This document shows, in pieces, positions 27,392-37,028 of a stretch of DNA of 64,000 nucleotides. The first letter of the stretch is position 1. Each line of letters starts with the position of its first letter. The notes beneath the pieces are model-generated. The model saw nothing but the letters and a program-made list of their open reading frames with translations, did no database searches and was not told the DNA's origin. Source of the stretch: an uncultured Microthrixaceae bacterium (GTDB taxonomy: Bacteria > Actinomycetota > Acidimicrobiia > Acidimicrobiales > DATDAH01). The position numbers and the translations under genes are program-made. Location: assembly GCA_963725155.1 (NCBI GenBank), contig CAVRXU010000002.1:300506-364505 (forward strand), read 5' to 3'.

Positions 27392-28462
27392 CTAGCCCTC
27401 GAACACCTGTCGGAGCTCGGCGGGTGGGGTGATGCTGAACTGGTCGTAGGTGCATTCGGGTGGGGTCTTGTCGGGGCGCCAGCGGACCCAGTGCGACGTG
27501 TGGCGGAAGCGTCCGGACTGCAGGCCGTCGTAAGTGACCTCGGCAACCAGCTCCAGGCGCAGCGGCGTCCAGGACTGGTCCTTGGCGCCCGTCCAGCGGT
27601 TCTGGACCCCGGGCTTGCGCCCGCCCTGCTCGTGGGCCATCACGTCGGCCCACTCCCGCCAGGGGTGGTCGGTGAGGGCGTCCTTCTCGTACGGCGCCAG
27701 CTCGGCGATGAGCTCCGTGCGCTTGGCGGCCGAGAACGAAGCGGCGACGCCGAGGTGGTGGAGCTCGCCCTCGTCGTCGTACACACCCATGAGGAGCGAG
27801 CCGATGCCGTCGCCGTCCTTGTGGGTCCGGTAGCCGGCGACGACGCAGTCCGCGGTCCGCTTGTGCTTGACCTTGAGCTGGCTCCGCTTGTTCTCGAGGT
27901 AGAGGCCTTCGGGGTCCTTGGCCATGACCCCGTCGAAGCCGGCGCCCTCGAAGCGGTCGAACCAGTCCTCGGCCACGGCCCGGTCTTCGGTGTTGGGCGT
28001 GAGGTGGACCGGTGGCTTGGCCTTTCCGAGGATCTTCTCGAGGCGCCGGCGGCGCTCTCGGAAGGGCAGCTCGCGCAGGTCCTCGTCGCCCACCGCCAGC
28101 AGGTCGAAGGCCACGAAGCTGGCCGGGGTCTTCTCGGCCAGCATGTTGACCCGCGATTCGGCGGGGTGGATGCGTTGCTGGAGCGCCTCGAAGTCGAGCT
28201 TGGCGCCGATGGCGACGACGACCTCGCCGTCGACCACGCACCGGTCGGGCAACGCGGCTCGGAGGACGGGCGGGAGGTCCGGGAAGTAGCGGGTCAGGGG
28301 GCGGTCGTTGCGGCTGCCCAGCTCCACTTCGTCGCCGTCCCTGAACACGATGCAGCGGAAGCCGTCCCACTTCGGCTCGAACAACAGGCCGTCGGTCTCC
28401 GGCATGGCGTGCACGGCCTTGGCCAGCATCGGCCGGACGGGCGGCATCACGGGCAGATCCAT
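27392..28462 (-). CDS. ATP-dependent DNA ligase (stand-alone, LigC-like)
   Basis: MDLPVMPPVRPMLAKAV...LFEPKWDGFRCIVFRDGD (motif I KxDG)...DGVMAKD...KVKHKRTADCVV. I prefer the ATG at 28462 over the track start at 28540. Confidence 0.85.
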   Translation of the reverse strand: MDLPVMPPVRPMLAKAVHAMPETDGLLFEPKWDGFRCIVFRDGDEVELGSRNDRPLTRYFPDLPPVLRAALPDRCVVDGEVVVAIGAKLDFEALQQRIHPAESRVNMLAEKTPASFVAFDLLAVGDEDLRELPFRERRRRLEKILGKAKPPVHLTPNTEDRAVAEDWFDRFEGAGFDGVMAKDPEGLYLENKRSQLKVKHKRTADCVVAGYRTHKDGDGIGSLLMGVYDDEGELHHLGVAASFSAAKRTELIAELAPYEKDALTDHPWREWADVMAHEQGGRKPGVQNRWTGAKDQSWTPLRLELVAEVTYDGLQSGRFRHTSHWVRWRPDKTPPECTYDQFSITPPAELRQVFEG

Positions 28463-28499
28463 GCAGAGGGAGGTTAGGGAACTCAGTAGGTTCCCGGGA

Positions 28500-29924
28500 A
28501 TGGCAACGACGCCCGATCCGCTGGACACCCGCTCGCCCACGGCCGCCTACTCGATGCGCCTGCGGGTCCTGCTGGACAACGTGCCGGGCACGCTCGGCCG
28601 GCTCACCACCACCATCGGTGAGGCCGGCGCCAACATCCGGGGGCTCGAGGGCTTCGAGGTGAAGGGCGCGGTCCTGGACGACGAGGTGATCGTCGACTGC
28701 ATCGACGAGACCCACCAGCAGGAGGTCCTCGACGCCATCAAGCAGGTGGCCGGCGTCGAGTTGTTGGAGTGGGAGGACCGCACCTTCGCCCTCCACGACG
28801 GCGGCAAGATCGAGGTCCTGTCACTGGGCAAGGTCGGTGACCGCGACGACCTGTCGATGGCATACACGCCGGGCGTTGCTCGGGTCTGCCTGGCCATCGA
28901 GCGGCAGCCGGCCCGGGTTCACGAGCTGACGATCAAGCGCAACACCGTGGCCATCGTCACCGACGGCACCGCTGTGCTCGGCCTTGGCGACATCGGTCCG
29001 GAGGCCTCGCTGCCGGTCATGGAGGGCAAGGCGCTGCTCTTCAAGGAGTTCGCCGGGGTCGACGCCTTCCCCATCTGTCTCGACGTGAACAGCACCGAGG
29101 AGATCATCGAGACCGTCGAGCGCATCGCCCCGGTCTTCGGCGGCATCAACCTGGAGGACATCGCCGCCCCCGCCTGCTTCGACGTCGAGGAGCGCCTGCG
29201 GGAGAGCCTGGACATCCCCGTCTTCCACGACGACCAGCACGGCACGGCGGTCGTCACCCTCGCCGCGCTGGAGAACGCACTCAAGATCGTGGACAAGCGG
29301 ATGGCCGACCTGTCGGTGGTAATCGCCGGAGCGGGTGCCGCAGGCGTCGCCATCGCCAAGATCCTGAAGAACGCCGGCGTGCAGAACATCATCGGGGTCG
29401 ACCGTCAGGGCGCCATCCACAACGGCCGGACCGACCTCAACGAGGCCAAGCGACGCCTGGCCGACGCGACCAACCCCGAGCAACGGACGGGGGCGCTGTC
29501 GGAGATCATGCCGGGCACCGACGTGTTCGTCGGCGTCAGCGGTCCCGGGATCATCACCCCGGCCGACGTCGAGTCCATGGCCGCCGATCCCATCATCTTC
29601 GCGATGGCCAATCCCGAGCCGGAGATCCGGCCCGAGGCCATCCAGGACCTCGCCGCGGTCATCGCCACCGGGCGCAGTGACTTCCCGAACCAGATCAACA
29701 ACGTCCTGGCGTTCCCCGGCATCTTCCGGGGAGCGCTCGATGCCCGGGCCACGACCGTGACCGAGGGCATGAAGGTGGCCGCGGCCGATGCCATAGCGCA
29801 GGCCGTCTCCTCCGACGAACTGCGCCCCGACCACGTCGTGCCGTCCGTGTTCGACAAGACCGTGGTCCGGCTGGTGGCCGCCGCCGTGGCCGCTGAGGCG
29901 GAGAAGGAAGGCATCTGCCGGTGA
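28500..29924 (+). CDS. NAD(P)-dependent malic enzyme with an N-terminal ACT-like domain
   Basis: MRLRVLLDNVPGTLGRLTTTIGEAGANI (ACT-like), then SMAYTPGVARVC...LGLGDIGPEASLPVMEGKALLFKEFAGVDAFPI...FHDDQHGTAVV...GAGAAGVAIAKIL. ATG at 28500. Confidence 0.9.
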   Translation: MATTPDPLDTRSPTAAYSMRLRVLLDNVPGTLGRLTTTIGEAGANIRGLEGFEVKGAVLDDEVIVDCIDETHQQEVLDAIKQVAGVELLEWEDRTFALHDGGKIEVLSLGKVGDRDDLSMAYTPGVARVCLAIERQPARVHELTIKRNTVAIVTDGTAVLGLGDIGPEASLPVMEGKALLFKEFAGVDAFPICLDVNSTEEIIETVERIAPVFGGINLEDIAAPACFDVEERLRESLDIPVFHDDQHGTAVVTLAALENALKIVDKRMADLSVVIAGAGAAGVAIAKILKNAGVQNIIGVDRQGAIHNGRTDLNEAKRRLADATNPEQRTGALSEIMPGTDVFVGVSGPGIITPADVESMAADPIIFAMANPEPEIRPEAIQDLAAVIATGRSDFPNQINNVLAFPGIFRGALDARATTVTEGMKVAAADAIAQAVSSDELRPDHVVPSVFDKTVVRLVAAAVAAEAEKEGICR

Positions 29925-29937
29925 CCCCGAGGCACGC

Positions 29938-30669
29938 ATGATCGAGGCCGTCACCTTCGACTACTGGAACACCCTGGTCGTGGCCTACGACGAGACCCTC
30001 TTCCGCCGGCGCAGCGAGCACTGGGTCGACGTCCTGGGGACGGCGGGTTACGTCGTGACTCCAGAGGACGTGGACCAGGCCTTTGCCGGCTCGTGGAAGA
30101 GCTTCCAGGAGGCGTGGAAGGACAACCGCCAGTACGTGACCACCGACGGGGTGGGCCAGGTCCTGGAGCTGCTCGAGGTCCGCGGCGACGAAGCGGTGGT
30201 CACCGAACTGGTCGCCCACTTCGAGTCCGGCGCGCTCGAGTCCGAGTTGGCCCTTGCCCCCAACGTCGCCGACACGCTGAGGGCCCTCAAGGACGGCGGC
30301 GTCCGGTTGGGGATCATCTGCGACGTCGGCATGACGCCGAGCACGGCGCTTCGCAAGGTGCTCGGCGAGTTCGGTGTGATGGACCTGTTCGACCACCACT
30401 CGTTCTCCGACGACGTCGGGGTCTACAAGCCCGATCCGGCGATCTTCGCCCACGCCCTCGACGGCTTGGGCGCGAGCCCCGCGACCGCGGCCCACGTCGG
30501 CGACCTGCGTCGCACCGATGTGGCCGGCGCGCTCGGGGCGGGTTGGATGGCGGTCCGCTACGCCGGCCTGTACGACGACGACGGTGCGGCGGACGGCGCG
30601 GCTGGTGTCGAGGCGGAGGTGGTCATTCGGGACCACGCCGAGCTCCTCGGCGCCCTCGGCCTGCGCTAG
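29938..30669 (+). CDS. HAD family hydrolase
   Basis: MIEAVTFDYWNTLV (DxD-like motif I variant)...YKPDPAIF...VGDLRRTDVAGA. Confidence 0.75.
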   Translation: MIEAVTFDYWNTLVVAYDETLFRRRSEHWVDVLGTAGYVVTPEDVDQAFAGSWKSFQEAWKDNRQYVTTDGVGQVLELLEVRGDEAVVTELVAHFESGALESELALAPNVADTLRALKDGGVRLGIICDVGMTPSTALRKVLGEFGVMDLFDHHSFSDDVGVYKPDPAIFAHALDGLGASPATAAHVGDLRRTDVAGALGAGWMAVRYAGLYDDDGAADGAAGVEAEVVIRDHAELLGALGLR

Positions 30670-30731
30670 CCGGCCGACTCCATACGCGGGGTCGCGATCA
30701 TGAAGGCGATGTCCCCGAGTCAGCTCTCGAG

Positions 30732-30804
30732 TGGTCGGGACCGGCGTCGATCCGGTGACCTCGCGCTTTTCAGGCGCGCGCTCTGCCAACTGAGCTACCC
30801 GACC
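30732..30804 (-). tRNA. tRNA-Phe (anticodon GAA), atypical T-loop
   Basis: Reverse complement ggtcgggtagctcagttggcagagcgcgcgcCTGAAAAgcgcgaggtcaccggATCGACGccggtcccgacca. The T-loop begins with A, not T. Confidence 0.8.
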
Positions 30805-30828
30805 GTATGTACCGCCCAGGGGGCGGGG

Positions 30829-30903
30829 CGGTCCCGACGGGATTTGAACCCGCGACCTCCGGCTTGACAGGCCGGCGTGCACTCCAAACTGCACCACGGG
30901 ACC
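30829..30903 (-). tRNA. tRNA-Asp (anticodon GTC)
   Basis: Reverse complement ggtcccgtggtgcagtttggagtgcacgccggcCTGTCAAgccggaggtcgcgggTTCAAATcccgtcgggaccg. Confidence 0.9.
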
Positions 30904-30942
30904 TCACACCCGACGTGCGGGCGAAGTGAGAGGGTAGCTCCC

Positions 30943-31362
30943 GTGGACGACATCTTCGCCATCCAGATGCTCAAGGCGGCCTACTTCCGGGCCATCGACA
31001 CCAAGGACTGGGAGCTCCTGGCTTCGGTGATGGTGGAGGACGTCGCGATCGACGTCACCGACGACGTCGAGGACGGCCGGCCGTACACCGGTCGCGTCCA
31101 GTTCGTCGACACCTGCGCCCGGGTCCTGCGTGACGCGGTGACCGTCCACCACGGCCACATGCCCGAGATCGAGGTCAGCGACACCACCGCGACCGGCATC
31201 TGGGCCATGGAGGACTACGTCGACTGGGGCCCGGCGGAGGACGGGGCCCCGAGGGCGTTCCGCGGCTACGGCCACTATCACGAGCGCTACGTGAAGGACG
31301 CTGACGGCTCGTGGCGCATCGCCGCCTTGACCCTCACCCGCCTCCGCATCGACTGGATGTAG
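30943..31362 (+). CDS. SnoaL-like / NTF2-fold protein
   Basis: VDDIFAIQMLKAAYFRAIDTKDWELLASVM. GTG at 30943 follows gagagg. The track start at 30877 overlaps tRNA-Asp. Confidence 0.7.
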   Translation: MDDIFAIQMLKAAYFRAIDTKDWELLASVMVEDVAIDVTDDVEDGRPYTGRVQFVDTCARVLRDAVTVHHGHMPEIEVSDTTATGIWAMEDYVDWGPAEDGAPRAFRGYGHYHERYVKDADGSWRIAALTLTRLRIDWM

Positions 31363-31405
31363 CTGCCGCGGAATCTCGACAGCCCGGTGGCCGTTGGACT
31401 GGGCC

Positions 31406-31864
31406 ATGAGTGACTGGAACACCAAGATCATCGAGGAGTTCAGGACGACCGGCGGGAAGGTGGGCGGCCAGTTCGAGGGGGCGCCCCTTCTGCTCCTCCA
31501 TTCGACGGGCGCCAAGTCGGGCCAGGACCGGGTCGCCCCGGTCATGTACCTGGCGGAAGGTGACGACCTCGTCGTGTTCGCCTCGAAGGCGGGAGCGGAC
31601 ACCAACCCCGACTGGTTCCACAACCTGAAGGCGAATCCGGACACCAGGGTCGAGGTCGGCACCGACACCGTGGCCGTGCGTGCCCGCATCGCCGAGGGCG
31701 AGGAGCGGGACCGGCTCTTCGACCGGCAGAAGGCGGCGTACCCGGGCTTCGCCGACTACGAGGCGGGCACCGACCGGGTCATCCCGGTCGTCGTGCTCGA
31801 GCGGCGTCTAGCTCCATCGGCGTGGCTTCACTGCCTTCAGCAACGCCAGCGCCCCCGATGCTGA
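31406..31864 (+). CDS. deazaflavin (F420)-dependent nitroreductase family protein (DDN-like)
   Basis: MSDWNTKIIEEFRTTGGKVGGQFEGAPLLLLHSTGAKSGQDRVAPVMY...ASKAGADTNPDWFHNLKANP...AYPGFADYEAGTDRVIPVVVLER. The last ~20 codons run into repeat element E. Confidence 0.85.
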   Translation: MSDWNTKIIEEFRTTGGKVGGQFEGAPLLLLHSTGAKSGQDRVAPVMYLAEGDDLVVFASKAGADTNPDWFHNLKANPDTRVEVGTDTVAVRARIAEGEERDRLFDRQKAAYPGFADYEAGTDRVIPVVVLERRLAPSAWLHCLQQRQRPRC

Positions 31865-31900
31865 GGTTCGTCGGCGCGGCTCCGCTTCGACTGCGAAGCG
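31806..31900. repeat. intergenic repeat family 2, copy E
   Basis: catcggcgtggcttcactgccttcagcaacgccagcgcccccgatgctgaggttcgtcggcgcggctccgct is roughly 80 percent identical by eye to 53775-53850. It has an internal TCAGCA...TGCTGA stem and a 3' hairpin cgcttcg-actg-cgaagcg. Confidence 0.7.
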
Positions 31901-31901
31901 T

Positions 31902-33272
31902 TCAGCCTTTGAAGTCCTCCATGGAGTCGAGGATGGCGGCGAGGTCCTCGACGGTGGTCTTCGGGTTGACCACGCACAGGCGCATGATCGTCTCGCCCGC
32001 GTGCATGCTCGGCAGGCAGAACGCGAAGCCCGAGTCCAGCGCGGCGTCGGACCAGGCGTCGTAGTCCTCCGCTGTCCAGCCGATTCGGCGGAAGACCACG
32101 ATCGACAGCTCGGGCTCGGTGACCAGCTCGAAGCCGTCGCGCTCCCGGATGAGGTCACCGCCGGCGTGGGCCACGGCCAGCGTGGTCTCGATGGCCTGGC
32201 GGTAGGCGTCGGTGCCGTGCATGGCCAGCGAGAACCAGAACGGCAGGCCCCGGGCCCGGCGGCTGAGGTGGACCGCGTAGTCCGACGGGTTCCACTCGTC
32301 CCGGACGGTGATGGCGTCGAGGTAGGAGGCGTGCTGGGTGTGGGCCTCCCGGGCGGGCTCCGGATCCCGGTAGACGAGGGCACAGCAGTCGAAGGTCGAG
32401 AACAGCCACTTGTGGGGGTCGACGATGAAGGAGTCGGCCCGTTCGACACCGGCGAACAGTGGTCGGTACGCAGGGGCAGCGAGGGCCGCGCCGCCGTAGG
32501 CGCCGTCGACGTGGAACCAGAGGCCGGCCTCGGCGGCGGCCTCGCCCACCCCGGCGAGGTCGTCGACGATGCCCAGGTTGGTCACCCCTGCGGTGGCGGC
32601 CACGGCGAAGTAGCCGTCGTCGGGCCGTTCCTCCAGCACGTTGCGGACGGCGTCGCCGGTGAGGCGGCCCCGTTCGTCGACGGGCACCCGCACGATCTCG
32701 ACGTCCATGACGCGGCAGGCGTGGTCGACCGAGCTGTGGGCCCCGGCGCTGGCCAGGAGCGTCCATCGGGCCGGCCGCTCGGCGCGGCCCCGAGCGGCGG
32801 TGTGCCGGGCCGTGACCAGCGCGCTCAGGTTGCCGGCGGTGCCGCCGGAGACGAACACCCCACCTGCGGTGTCGGGGAGGCCGGCCAGTTCCGCCACCCA
32901 GGCCAGTGCCTCGTTCTCCGCGTAGACGGCACCGGAGGCCTCCATCCAGGAGCCGCCGTACATCGACGAGGCCCCGACGATGAGGTCGAACAGCGCGGCA
33001 GCCTCGGTCGGGGCACCGGGCACGAACGACAGGTAGCGGGGGTGGTCGATGGAGATCGTGGCCGGGGCGATGTAGTCGACGAAGCGCTGGAACGCCTCGT
33101 GGCCGCCGATCCCGGCGGGCGTGATGGTCCTGCCGACCGTGGCCCGGAGCTCGGCGGGGGTGCGGGGCTTGTCCAGCGGGGGCGGATCCATGCGGATCCG
33201 GTCGAGGGCGTAGGCGACGATCTCGGCGGCCAGGTCGTCGGTGGACTCGTCATAGGTGTGCAAGCCCGCCAT
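31902..33272 (-). CDS. pyridoxal-dependent (group II, aromatic-L-amino-acid type) decarboxylase
   Basis: FVSGGTAGNLSAL...FHVDGAYGGAALA...SFIVDPHKWLFSTFDC (PLP lysine). I prefer the ATG at 33272 (MAGLHTYDES). Confidence 0.85.
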   Translation of the reverse strand: MAGLHTYDESTDDLAAEIVAYALDRIRMDPPPLDKPRTPAELRATVGRTITPAGIGGHEAFQRFVDYIAPATISIDHPRYLSFVPGAPTEAAALFDLIVGASSMYGGSWMEASGAVYAENEALAWVAELAGLPDTAGGVFVSGGTAGNLSALVTARHTAARGRAERPARWTLLASAGAHSSVDHACRVMDVEIVRVPVDERGRLTGDAVRNVLEERPDDGYFAVAATAGVTNLGIVDDLAGVGEAAAEAGLWFHVDGAYGGAALAAPAYRPLFAGVERADSFIVDPHKWLFSTFDCCALVYRDPEPAREAHTQHASYLDAITVRDEWNPSDYAVHLSRRARGLPFWFSLAMHGTDAYRQAIETTLAVAHAGGDLIRERDGFELVTEPELSIVVFRRIGWTAEDYDAWSDAALDSGFAFCLPSMHAGETIMRLCVVNPKTTVEDLAAILDSMEDFKG

Positions 33273-33403
33273 TCTGGCGCCCGGCGGAGCCACCCGGTGA
33301 CCTACGGGCGCCGACGGGGGAACGGCGATGGCCCCGGCCGCCGATGGCCCACCGCCGCCGGCCGCTACGATCCGCCCCCCGAGAGAGGCAAGAGGAGGCA
33401 CGG

Positions 33404-34732
33404 GTGCGCAGGTTTCTGGCGTTCCTGACGGTGTTGGCGCTGGTCACGGCGGTGGCCGCCTGCGGTGGTGACGACAGCGGGTCATCGGACAATGCGAGCA
33501 GCAGCGACGACTCCGGCGACGGCAGCGAGCCGATCTCCGACGGCGGTTTCGACATCGACGTCGGCACGACCGACGCCGACGCCGACCTCACCAACGAAGA
33601 GGTCATCGCCAACATCCAGGACTACTGGGAGCAGAACGCCGGCGACATCGGGGTCGACTTCCAGCGGATCCCCGACGAGCGGATCGCCCCGGTGCCCGGG
33701 GATCGCGAGCCTCCCATCTGCGGCGGCGTGCCCATCGCCGCCCAGGACGTGGCCATGAACGCCTTCGCCGCCCCGTGTCCTGAGGGCCTGACCGTGGCCT
33801 GGGACCCCGCGCTCATCGACGACACCATCACCGACCTCTTCGGCGAGGCCGGCCCCGCCGTCGTCTTCGCCCACGAGTTCGGCCACGTCATCCAGTTCCA
33901 GTCCGGGATCCTCGACATCACCGGCCAGGGCGTCGGTGACCCGCCAAGCGTCCTCACCGAGAACCAGGCCGACTGCTTCTCGGGGGCCTGGGTGGCTCAG
34001 CAGGTGGAGGACGCCTTCGGCCCATTCACCGATCCCGGTGCTCTGGACAAGGCCATCGGGGCCATGATCTACGTCCGCGACCAGCCGGGGAGCGACCCCG
34101 GAGCGGCCCTGGCCCACGGCAGCGGTTTCGACCGAGTCCGGGCCTTCCAGGACGGGGTCAACCAGGGCATCGAGTACTGCTACAACTACATCAACGACCC
34201 GCCGTTCATCGACGAGCTGCCGTTCACCAACGAGAACGACTTCGCCAACAACGGGAACCTGCCCTTCGACCAGGTCACTGACCTGGTCATCCAGGACCTC
34301 GACGACTTCTTCGGGGCGAACGTCGATGGCTTCGAGAGCCCCGGTGACCCCTTCGACGTGATCCCCCAGGACGAGCTCGAGCAGCTCCACGCCGACATCG
34401 GCGACGGCGCCGTGGCCACCCTCTTCGGCATGCTCTGGGCCGAACGGGCCCAAGCGGCCGCGGGCGACGACCTCGACGGCGAGGGACCCCTCCTGCAGCG
34501 CTCCTGCCTGGTGGGGGCCTGGCTGGGCGACATCCTCCACGACCAGCAGGATGGCCAGGTCGACCGGGAGAGCGGAGTCAGCCTCTCGCCGGGCGACCTC
34601 GACGAGACCATCATCACGTTCCTGAAGCTGACCGAGGACGCCATGGCCGAGGGCGGGGTGGCCTTCGAGGCCATCGGCGACATGCGCACCGGCGTCTTCG
34701 GCGGCCTCGACGACTGCAGATTGGGCGAGTGA
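33404..34732 (+). CDS. putative neutral zinc metallopeptidase lipoprotein
   Basis: VRRFLAFLTVLALVTAVAACGGDDSG lipobox. The HExxH motif is in VVFAHEFGHVIQ. agaggagg precedes the GTG at 33404. Confidence 0.75.
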   Translation: MRRFLAFLTVLALVTAVAACGGDDSGSSDNASSSDDSGDGSEPISDGGFDIDVGTTDADADLTNEEVIANIQDYWEQNAGDIGVDFQRIPDERIAPVPGDREPPICGGVPIAAQDVAMNAFAAPCPEGLTVAWDPALIDDTITDLFGEAGPAVVFAHEFGHVIQFQSGILDITGQGVGDPPSVLTENQADCFSGAWVAQQVEDAFGPFTDPGALDKAIGAMIYVRDQPGSDPGAALAHGSGFDRVRAFQDGVNQGIEYCYNYINDPPFIDELPFTNENDFANNGNLPFDQVTDLVIQDLDDFFGANVDGFESPGDPFDVIPQDELEQLHADIGDGAVATLFGMLWAERAQAAAGDDLDGEGPLLQRSCLVGAWLGDILHDQQDGQVDRESGVSLSPGDLDETIITFLKLTEDAMAEGGVAFEAIGDMRTGVFGGLDDCRLGE

Positions 34733-34821
34733 CGGTCGCCTCTCAGCGAACTCCCAGGATTTGTCCCGTCGGCTCCCAGCGGGACGGTCCAGACTGAGCG
34801 TCGTGCCTGAGAGGACCCGCC

Positions 34822-35505
34822 ATGGCCGGTGAACGACTGCTCCTCGTCGACGACGAGGAAAACCTCCGGTCCATGCTCGACGCCGCACTCCGCCACAGCG
34901 GATTCGACGTGGTTCCGGTGGGCAGCGGCCGCGACGCGCTGGACGCGGTCAAGGCCGAGCGACCGGAGCTGATCGTGCTCGACGTGATGCTCCCGGACAT
35001 CGACGGCTTCGAGGTGTGCCGCCGCCTGCGCACGGAAGGGGACCGCACGCCGGTCCTGTTCCTGACCGCCCGCGACGCCACCGAGGACACCGTCCGGGGC
35101 CTGACCCTGGGCGGTGACGACTACTTGGTGAAGCCCTTCAGCCTCGAGGAGCTGGTCGCCCGCATCGGCTCGGTCCTCCGGCGGACGGGCACGGCCAAAC
35201 CCGGCTCCCGCCTGGCTTGCGCCGACCTGGAGCTGGACGACGACGCGCACCGGGTGACTCGGGCGGGCGAGCCGGTCAGCCTGTCGCCGACGGAGTACAA
35301 CCTCCTGCGCTACCTGCTGGTCAATCAGGGCCAGGCCCTGTCGAAAGCCCAGATCCTGGACCACGTGTGGCAGTACGACTTCGGCGGCGACGGCGGCGTG
35401 GTGGAGACCTACATCGGTTATCTGCGCCGCAAGGTCGACGATGTCGCCCCCAAGCTGATCCACACCATTCGGGGCGTGGGTTACTCCCTTCGCGAGTCCC
35501 CATAA
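34822..35505 (+). CDS. OmpR-family response regulator
   Basis: RLLLVDDEENL...PELIVLDVMLPDIDGFEV...LVKPF, and a winged-helix C-terminus LSPTEYNLLRYLL...IHTIRGVGYSL. Confidence 0.95.
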   Translation: MAGERLLLVDDEENLRSMLDAALRHSGFDVVPVGSGRDALDAVKAERPELIVLDVMLPDIDGFEVCRRLRTEGDRTPVLFLTARDATEDTVRGLTLGGDDYLVKPFSLEELVARIGSVLRRTGTAKPGSRLACADLELDDDAHRVTRAGEPVSLSPTEYNLLRYLLVNQGQALSKAQILDHVWQYDFGGDGGVVETYIGYLRRKVDDVAPKLIHTIRGVGYSLRESP

Positions 35506-35515
35506 GGCGGCCCGG

Positions 35516-36988
35516 GTGTCGTTGCGGGCCCGGGTCCTGCTCGGGCTGGGGGTGATCGCCCTGGTCTTCGGGGTGACGGCGGTGGTCGTGCCCCACATCA
35601 CCGCGTCCTACCTGCTCGAGCAGGTCGACGACCAGCTCCGGGCCACCGACTTCCCGTACCGGGGGGCGCTGGCCGCCGGCGACGAGCGCGGTTCTCAGTT
35701 CCCGTCCCCGACGCCGGATGACGACCCTGCCGCGACGACGGGGTCGACCAGCCCGACCGGTCCCGGTGGGACCACGGAGGAGGAAGGCGAGGCCCCCGAG
35801 CGCCCGAGCCGGATGTACATCGGCATCGTGAACACCGAGGCCGTCGTGTCGGAGATCTTCGCCCCCAACGTCGGCGACACCGCGGCCCCGTCCATCGACG
35901 GCGAGCAGGCGATCGCCGAGGCGGGCAACGGGCCGTATACCCAGCCCGCCGGGGACTCGGGCACCCGCTACCGGCTGATCAGCCACGAGGTGGCGGACGG
36001 TGACAACGATGGCGACGTCGTTGTCGTCGGTCTGCCGTTGGACGACGTCGACGCCACGGTGTCTCGGCTCGTCCTGATCGAGGTCGGCGCCCTCGCCCTC
36101 GTGCTCTTCGTGCTCGCCCTGGTGGCCTGGTGGGTGATCCGCCTCGGGGTCCGACCGGTGAAGGAGATGGCGGCGGCAGCCACGGACATCGGCGCCGGCG
36201 ACCTGTCGGCCCGGGTCCCCGAGTACGGCGGGGCCACCGAGGCGGGCCAGCTCGGCACAGCCCTCAACCAGATGCTGGAACGGATCGAGGACGAGTTCGA
36301 CCAGCGCCTCCGCTCCGAGCAACGCCTACGCCAGTTCGCGGCGGACGCCTCCCATGAGCTGCGGACCCCGGTGACCACGGTGCGGGGCTACGCCGAGCTC
36401 TACCGCAGCGGCGCCCTGGGCGACCCGGCCGAGCTGACCGAGGCCATGCGCCGGGTCGAGCAGGAGTCGGTGCGGATGGGCTCGCTGGTCGACGACCTGC
36501 TCCGGTTGGCCCGGCTCGACCAGGGCCGCGAGCTGGAGCGCGTGCCGGTCGACCTCGGGGCGGTGGTGACCGACGCCGGCCGTGACGCCCAGGCCACCGA
36601 CCCGGACCGGCCGGTCAGGGTCGTGGTGGAGAGTCCGGTCATCGTCTCCGGTGACGAACGGCTCCTGCGGCAGGTCGTCACCAACCTCACCGGCAACGCT
36701 CTGGTCCACACCGATCCGGACGTGGCCGTGACCCTCCGGGCCGCCGTCGAGGGTGACCGGGCCGTGCTCGAGGTGCGCGACGACGGTCCGGGCATGCCGC
36801 CCGACGTGGCCGATCGGGTCTTCGAGCGCTTCTACCGGGCCGACCCCGCTCGCTCGCGGCACCGGGGCGGCAGCGGCCTCGGTCTGGCCATCGTGCACGC
36901 CACCGTCATCGCCCACGGCGGTGAGATCACCGTCACGACCGTTCCCGGCGAAGGCACCTCCTTCCTCGTCAGCCTCCCCCTGATCTGA
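35516..36988 (+). CDS. sensor histidine kinase (TM-HAMP-HisKA-HATPase)
   Basis: FAADASHELRTPVTTVRGY (H-box), NLTGNALVHT (N-box), DDGPGM (G1), GGSGLGLAIV (G2). Confidence 0.95.
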   Translation: MSLRARVLLGLGVIALVFGVTAVVVPHITASYLLEQVDDQLRATDFPYRGALAAGDERGSQFPSPTPDDDPAATTGSTSPTGPGGTTEEEGEAPERPSRMYIGIVNTEAVVSEIFAPNVGDTAAPSIDGEQAIAEAGNGPYTQPAGDSGTRYRLISHEVADGDNDGDVVVVGLPLDDVDATVSRLVLIEVGALALVLFVLALVAWWVIRLGVRPVKEMAAAATDIGAGDLSARVPEYGGATEAGQLGTALNQMLERIEDEFDQRLRSEQRLRQFAADASHELRTPVTTVRGYAELYRSGALGDPAELTEAMRRVEQESVRMGSLVDDLLRLARLDQGRELERVPVDLGAVVTDAGRDAQATDPDRPVRVVVESPVIVSGDERLLRQVVTNLTGNALVHTDPDVAVTLRAAVEGDRAVLEVRDDGPGMPPDVADRVFERFYRADPARSRHRGGSGLGLAIVHATVIAHGGEITVTTVPGEGTSFLVSLPLI

Positions 36989-37028
36989 CCCGAACGGCCA
37001 GCGGGCACGCAGCTGAGGGCCGTCGCGG

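Noticed and set aside
29695-30897. 400-aa minus-strand ORF
   Set aside because: It runs through tRNA-Phe and tRNA-Asp and lies antisense to the HAD hydrolase, so it is not coding.
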